In this document: positions 60,517 through 64,000 of the stretch, piece by piece
Layout of the letters: each line of letters begins with the position of its first letter
Numbering within the stretch: position 1 is the first letter of the stretch
DNA from: Nibricoccus sp.
GTDB taxonomy: Bacteria; Verrucomicrobiota; Verrucomicrobiia; Opitutales; Opitutaceae
Assembly: GCA_047602425.1 (NCBI GenBank)
Contig: JASGHG010000001.1
Coordinates: 2,784,001-2,848,000, forward strand
DNA length: 64,000 nt
Direction: 5' to 3'
Notes under the pieces: model-generated
What the model saw: only the letters and a program-made list of their open reading frames with translations
Databases searched by the model: none
What the model was told of the DNA's origin: nothing
Position numbers and translations under genes: made by a program

Positions 60517-60664
60517 TCAGAAGCCAGAGGCCAGCGGCCGGAAACCAGAGGACGGAAGCCAGATGCCGGAGGCCGGACGACGAAGGTCCGAGGTCGAAAG
60601 TTGGGAGGGAAAGCTATTCATGCTGCTGTTGTCTGGGTTCCGGCTTCTGGCCTCTGGCTTCTGG
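60517..60664. repeat. Heptamer tandem repeats (CCRGARG-like): 12 direct copies + 5 inverted copies
   Basis: 60517-60600 TCAGAAG CCAGAGG CCAGCGG CCGGAAA CCAGAGG...; 60630-60664 TGTCTGG GTTCCGG CTTCTGG CCTCTGG CTTCTGG. Confidence 0.85.
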
Positions 60665-62410
60665 TTACTTCTCGGCGACGGTGATGACGCGCAGGACTTC
60701 GTCGAGGGTCGTGTGGCCGTTACGGACTTTTTCCCAACCGGACTGGCCGAGAGTGCGCATGCCATTGCGACGGGCGCATTCGTCGAGCGTGCGCGTGCTT
60801 TCGCGCTTCAGCACGAGTTCGTGAATTTCGTCGTTGAGACGGAAAATTTCAAAAAGGCCGATGCGTCCGCGGTAGCCGGTGCTGCGGCAACGGTCGCAGC
60901 CGACGGGGGCGTTGAGCGCCTCGACAAGATCGGCCTCGGCCTGAGTGACGCCGAGGATGGCGAGATTTTCGCGGAGCTTGATCTTGTTGACCGGCGCAGG
61001 ACGCGTGCAATCGGGACAAAGACGCCGAACCAGGCGTTGCGCAATAACCAGCTCGATGGCCGAGGCGACAAGGAAAGGCTCGATGCCCATGTCGACGAGG
61101 CGGGTGATGGCGCCGGGCGCGTCGTTGGTGTGAAGCGTGGAAAAAACCAAGTGGCCGGTGAGCGAGGCGCGGATGGCGATCTCGGCGGTGTCGCGGTCGC
61201 GGATTTCGCCGACCATGATGACGTCGGGGTCCTGGCGAAGCACGTGGCGGAGTGCGTCGGCGAAAGTGAGGCCGATTTCGGGGCGGACCTGCATTTGATT
61301 GACGCCGGGGACCTCGTACTCGATGGGGTCCTCGATGGTGATGATGCGCAGGTCGGTGGAGTTGATCTTGCGCAGGAAGGCATTGAGCGAAGTGGATTTA
61401 CCCGAACCAGTCGGTCCCGTCACGAGGATGATGCCGTGCGGATAATCGAGGATCTGGTTGATCTGGCCCTGCTCGTCGGGACTCATGCCGAGCTTGTCCA
61501 TCGAGTAGGCCTCTTTCTTTTTGTTGAGAAGGCGGAGGGAAACGCTCTCGGCGTAAATCGTGGGAATGGTCGAAACGCGGATGTCGAGCGAGGTGCCGCC
61601 CGCCTTGAAATTGATGCGTCCGTCCTGCGGCAGACGTTTTTCGGAAATGTTGAGTTTCGCCATGATCTTCACGCGCGAAATGATGGCGTCCTGGAAGCGG
61701 AGAAGATTTTCCGGCACGGGCACGGAAACGAGCAGACCGTCGACGCGATAGCGGATGCGGAGCTGGCCTTCTTGCGGTTCGAAATGGATGTCGGTGGCCT
61801 CGTCGGCGACGGCTTGCGAAATGACTTCGGTGACGAACCGCACGACAGCGGCCTCCTCGTCGACTTCGCCTTCATTTTGGTGAATGGCTTCGGGCGCCAC
61901 GTAACCGTCATCGGTGCCTTCGAGGCTGCCGGAACCGACACCGAAGTGCTGCATGATCAGCTGGTGAATTTTTTCCGGCACCCCGAGGTGCCAGACGAGC
62001 GGGCGCGGCGTGAAAGTGCGCACCCAATCGATCACGGTAGCGTCGGCGGGCCAGGCGGCGGCGAGGTGCAGCGGTGTGGTGGGGAGGATGGCGGGCTCCT
62101 CGGCGTTGGGCGGGGGAGGTGGTTCGTTTTCCGCGCGGTACTTGATGGGAACGATCTGGTAATCGTGAACCAGGCGGGCGGGGAAAAGGCTCAATGACGC
62201 TTTGTCCGCCTCCAGGTTGGTGGCGATGCCGAGGCCGCAGGCTTCACTAAGGAAGACGAGGGCATCGGGCTCGCTCAGACCGAGGTGAGGGGCAATGGTT
62301 TTCAGTCGCTGGCCGCGCGTGGCCTCCAACACGATGAGAATTTGTTCATCGGTGAGACGGTCGGCCAAGGGGCCGGGCAGCAGAGTGGCAGGAGAGGGGG
62401 CGGCGGGCAT
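60665..62410 (-). CDS. gspE: Type II secretion ATPase GspE/PilB family
   Basis: TDIHFEP, R.PQDGR, GPTGSGKS, TIEDPIEY, LRQDPDVIMVGEIRD, TGHLVFSTLHTND and CPDC...CDRC motifs. Confidence 0.93.
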   Translation of the reverse strand: MPAAPSPATLLPGPLADRLTDEQILIVLEATRGQRLKTIAPHLGLSEPDALVFLSEACGLGIATNLEADKASLSLFPARLVHDYQIVPIKYRAENEPPPPPNAEEPAILPTTPLHLAAAWPADATVIDWVRTFTPRPLVWHLGVPEKIHQLIMQHFGVGSGSLEGTDDGYVAPEAIHQNEGEVDEEAAVVRFVTEVISQAVADEATDIHFEPQEGQLRIRYRVDGLLVSVPVPENLLRFQDAIISRVKIMAKLNISEKRLPQDGRINFKAGGTSLDIRVSTIPTIYAESVSLRLLNKKKEAYSMDKLGMSPDEQGQINQILDYPHGIILVTGPTGSGKSTSLNAFLRKINSTDLRIITIEDPIEYEVPGVNQMQVRPEIGLTFADALRHVLRQDPDVIMVGEIRDRDTAEIAIRASLTGHLVFSTLHTNDAPGAITRLVDMGIEPFLVASAIELVIAQRLVRRLCPDCTRPAPVNKIKLRENLAILGVTQAEADLVEALNAPVGCDRCRSTGYRGRIGLFEIFRLNDEIHELVLKRESTRTLDECARRNGMRTLGQSGWEKVRNGHTTLDEVLRVITVAEK

Positions 62411-62465
62411 CGCGGTGGGCTCGGATTAGGCCTGACGGTTGGTTTTGGACGACAGGGCGCGCAGC

Positions 62466-64000
62466 TCAGGGAATGTCGATGTGCTTCTTGTAGAAGGGAG
62501 TCGGAGGCGGCACGTATTTGGGATCGAGCTTCTGGCGGATCTCGCCGGCGTCGGGCATCTTGTCGATGACTTTGAGAGCTGCTTCGTTATCGGCGGCGGT
62601 ATTGGTCAGCACGTACGGGCGGATGAACACAACGAGTTCAGTCCGGACGAGATTGCGGCTGCGGAAGCCGAGGAGATCGCCAATCCAGGGGATGGGTCCG
62701 AGGCGTTTGGATTCGCGGGTTTTATTGGTTTTCTGCATGCCGCCGAGCACGATGATTTCGTTGGATTGAACGGTGTTGAACGAATTCATCTCGCGCTTGC
62801 CGATGATGTACTGGGGATTGTTGTCGATGGTGGTGGTGCCCGTCACTTCGCTGATGACTTGAGTGATGTCGAGTTGCACGGAGCCATCGTTGCCGATGAG
62901 AGGAGTAACGGTGATGGTGGTACCGATTTCCTGTTGTTGGACGGTGGAACTGCGCGCGAAGTCGGAGGACGTGCTGTTGCCGACGCCCGACGTGGTGCCG
63001 CTGATCACCGGGCGTGTTTCACCGAAGAAGAGTTTGGCCTTCTTATTATGAGTGGTTGTGATGGCGGGGACGGAAAGGATGCGGCTGTTGTTTTTCCGTG
63101 GAGTGCTGGTCAGGGAAACAAGGCCAACGAGAGACATGTTGCCGGCGGCGGCGGCGAATTTGTCGGTGAGGAGCGTCCCATGCAAATTGGCGTAGGGCGA
63201 TGAGTTCGCGCTGGCTCCCACCGTTAGTCCAGGGACGCTTCCGGTGAAACCGATCAACTTGTTGCCAGCGACATCGAGGCCGAGCGAATCGATGCCGGTG
63301 CTGGCGGCATCCGCGAGGGTGACTTCAGCGATCACGACTTCGATGCGGACTTGGGCGAGGACGATGTCGATTTTGTCGACCAACTCCTTGATCAGACGAA
63401 TGTCGTCCATCGTGCCGTTGACGACGATCGCATTGCTGCGTTCTTCCGCGATGATGTTGACGAGGCTGCTGAATTGAGTGGAGCCGACGTCGCCGATGGC
63501 ACCGGCCAACGCCGTATTGACGACGGGTGCGGCAGGCTGATTAGGAGTGGGTGGTGGTGGAGGTTGACCGGGCTGGGTGATCATGCCGGGTTGGACAGAT
63601 CCAGTATTTTGGGCGGCCTTAGTCTGACCGGAAACGAGCTGATTCAGGATGGGGGCGACTTCTTTGGCTGCCGCGTGCTTCAGATACAGAACTTCGTTGC
63701 GCGTGTTAGGATCGGATTTGACGTCCAGTTTGGTAATGAGCTCGTCGAAGAAAGGGTGGAGGCGCGGATCGGAGAGGAGAATGACCTGGTTGGTACGATC
63801 GTCGGGCGTGTAATTAGCGGACGTGCCGATCTGCGGCTGTTGCTGCAGCATGGAGCGGATCTTGTTCACGAGCTCACTGGCTTTGGCGAAATGGATATTA
63901 TAAAATTTCGGCGTGAGGTTGGCCGTCATCGGCTGGTCCAGCCGTTGCAGCAACATTTCGATGCGTTGGATATTATTGAGCGTATCGGTGATGAGCACGC
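62466..64000 (-). CDS. gspD: Type II secretion secretin GspD (5' end outside the window)
   Basis: Secretin N-domains (DDRTNQVIL, EERSNAIVV), QVRIEVVIAEV, ILSVP.I.T..N..A, V.PLIG.DG.V.L.I and IPWIG.L.G.......TELVVFIRP motifs. Confidence 0.92.
   Translation of the reverse strand, partial: VLITDTLNNIQRIEMLLQRLDQPMTANLTPKFYNIHFAKASELVNKIRSMLQQQPQIGTSANYTPDDRTNQVILLSDPRLHPFFDELITKLDVKSDPNTRNEVLYLKHAAAKEVAPILNQLVSGQTKAAQNTGSVQPGMITQPGQPPPPPTPNQPAAPVVNTALAGAIGDVGSTQFSSLVNIIAEERSNAIVVNGTMDDIRLIKELVDKIDIVLAQVRIEVVIAEVTLADAASTGIDSLGLDVAGNKLIGFTGSVPGLTVGASANSSPYANLHGTLLTDKFAAAAGNMSLVGLVSLTSTPRKNNSRILSVPAITTTHNKKAKLFFGETRPVISGTTSGVGNSTSSDFARSSTVQQQEIGTTITVTPLIGNDGSVQLDITQVISEVTGTTTIDNNPQYIIGKREMNSFNTVQSNEIIVLGGMQKTNKTRESKRLGPIPWIGDLLGFRSRNLVRTELVVFIRPYVLTNTAADNEAALKVIDKMPDAGEIRQKLDPKYVPPPTPFYKKHIDIP

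Noticed and set aside
60512..62197. 561-aa plus-strand ORF opposite gspE
   Set aside because: Antisense shadow of gspE whose N-terminus is translated heptamer repeat.

Overview
64-kb, GC-rich bacterial chromosomal window. Gene content and repeat types suggest Verrucomicrobiota (Opitutaceae-like), but this is an impression and was not searched. 1-9.5 kb: late flagellar locus with fliD, a lipoprotein, a flgM-like gene, fliS and a FlgN/FliT-like gene on the minus strand, and a tandem array of four very short (254-aa) flagellins with a ~1064-bp period. The ~300-bp spacers between flagellins are homologous, structured and carry CsrA-type ANGGA hairpins. 9.5-27.7 kb: putative flagellin-glycosylation island with a TPR-GT41 transferase, an SDR epimerase, HddC/HddA-like enzymes, a miniature TPP E1 alpha/beta pair, a ColD-like 3-dehydratase, a B12 radical SAM enzyme, two giant glycosyltransferases (one frameshifted) and a split transketolase that has lost its catalytic residues. 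27.9-64 kb: HDOD protein, 13-heme CbcL-like cytochrome, CorC-family protein, LMW phosphatase, an mlaEFD operon headed by an unusual WP[FL]-repeat protein, rsmD/rsmE, tRNA-Gly(TCC), pilC with a GAFTGA-less NtrC-family regulator, carB, a TetR-YbhGFSR-like efflux operon, an OMP, uxuA/uxuB-like genes, a hybrid histidine kinase, a Tat-exported MBL protein and gspF-gspE-gspD (partial). Several REP/MITE-like and heptamer repeats lie in intergenic regions. All calls come from motif recognition by eye; no database searches were run.
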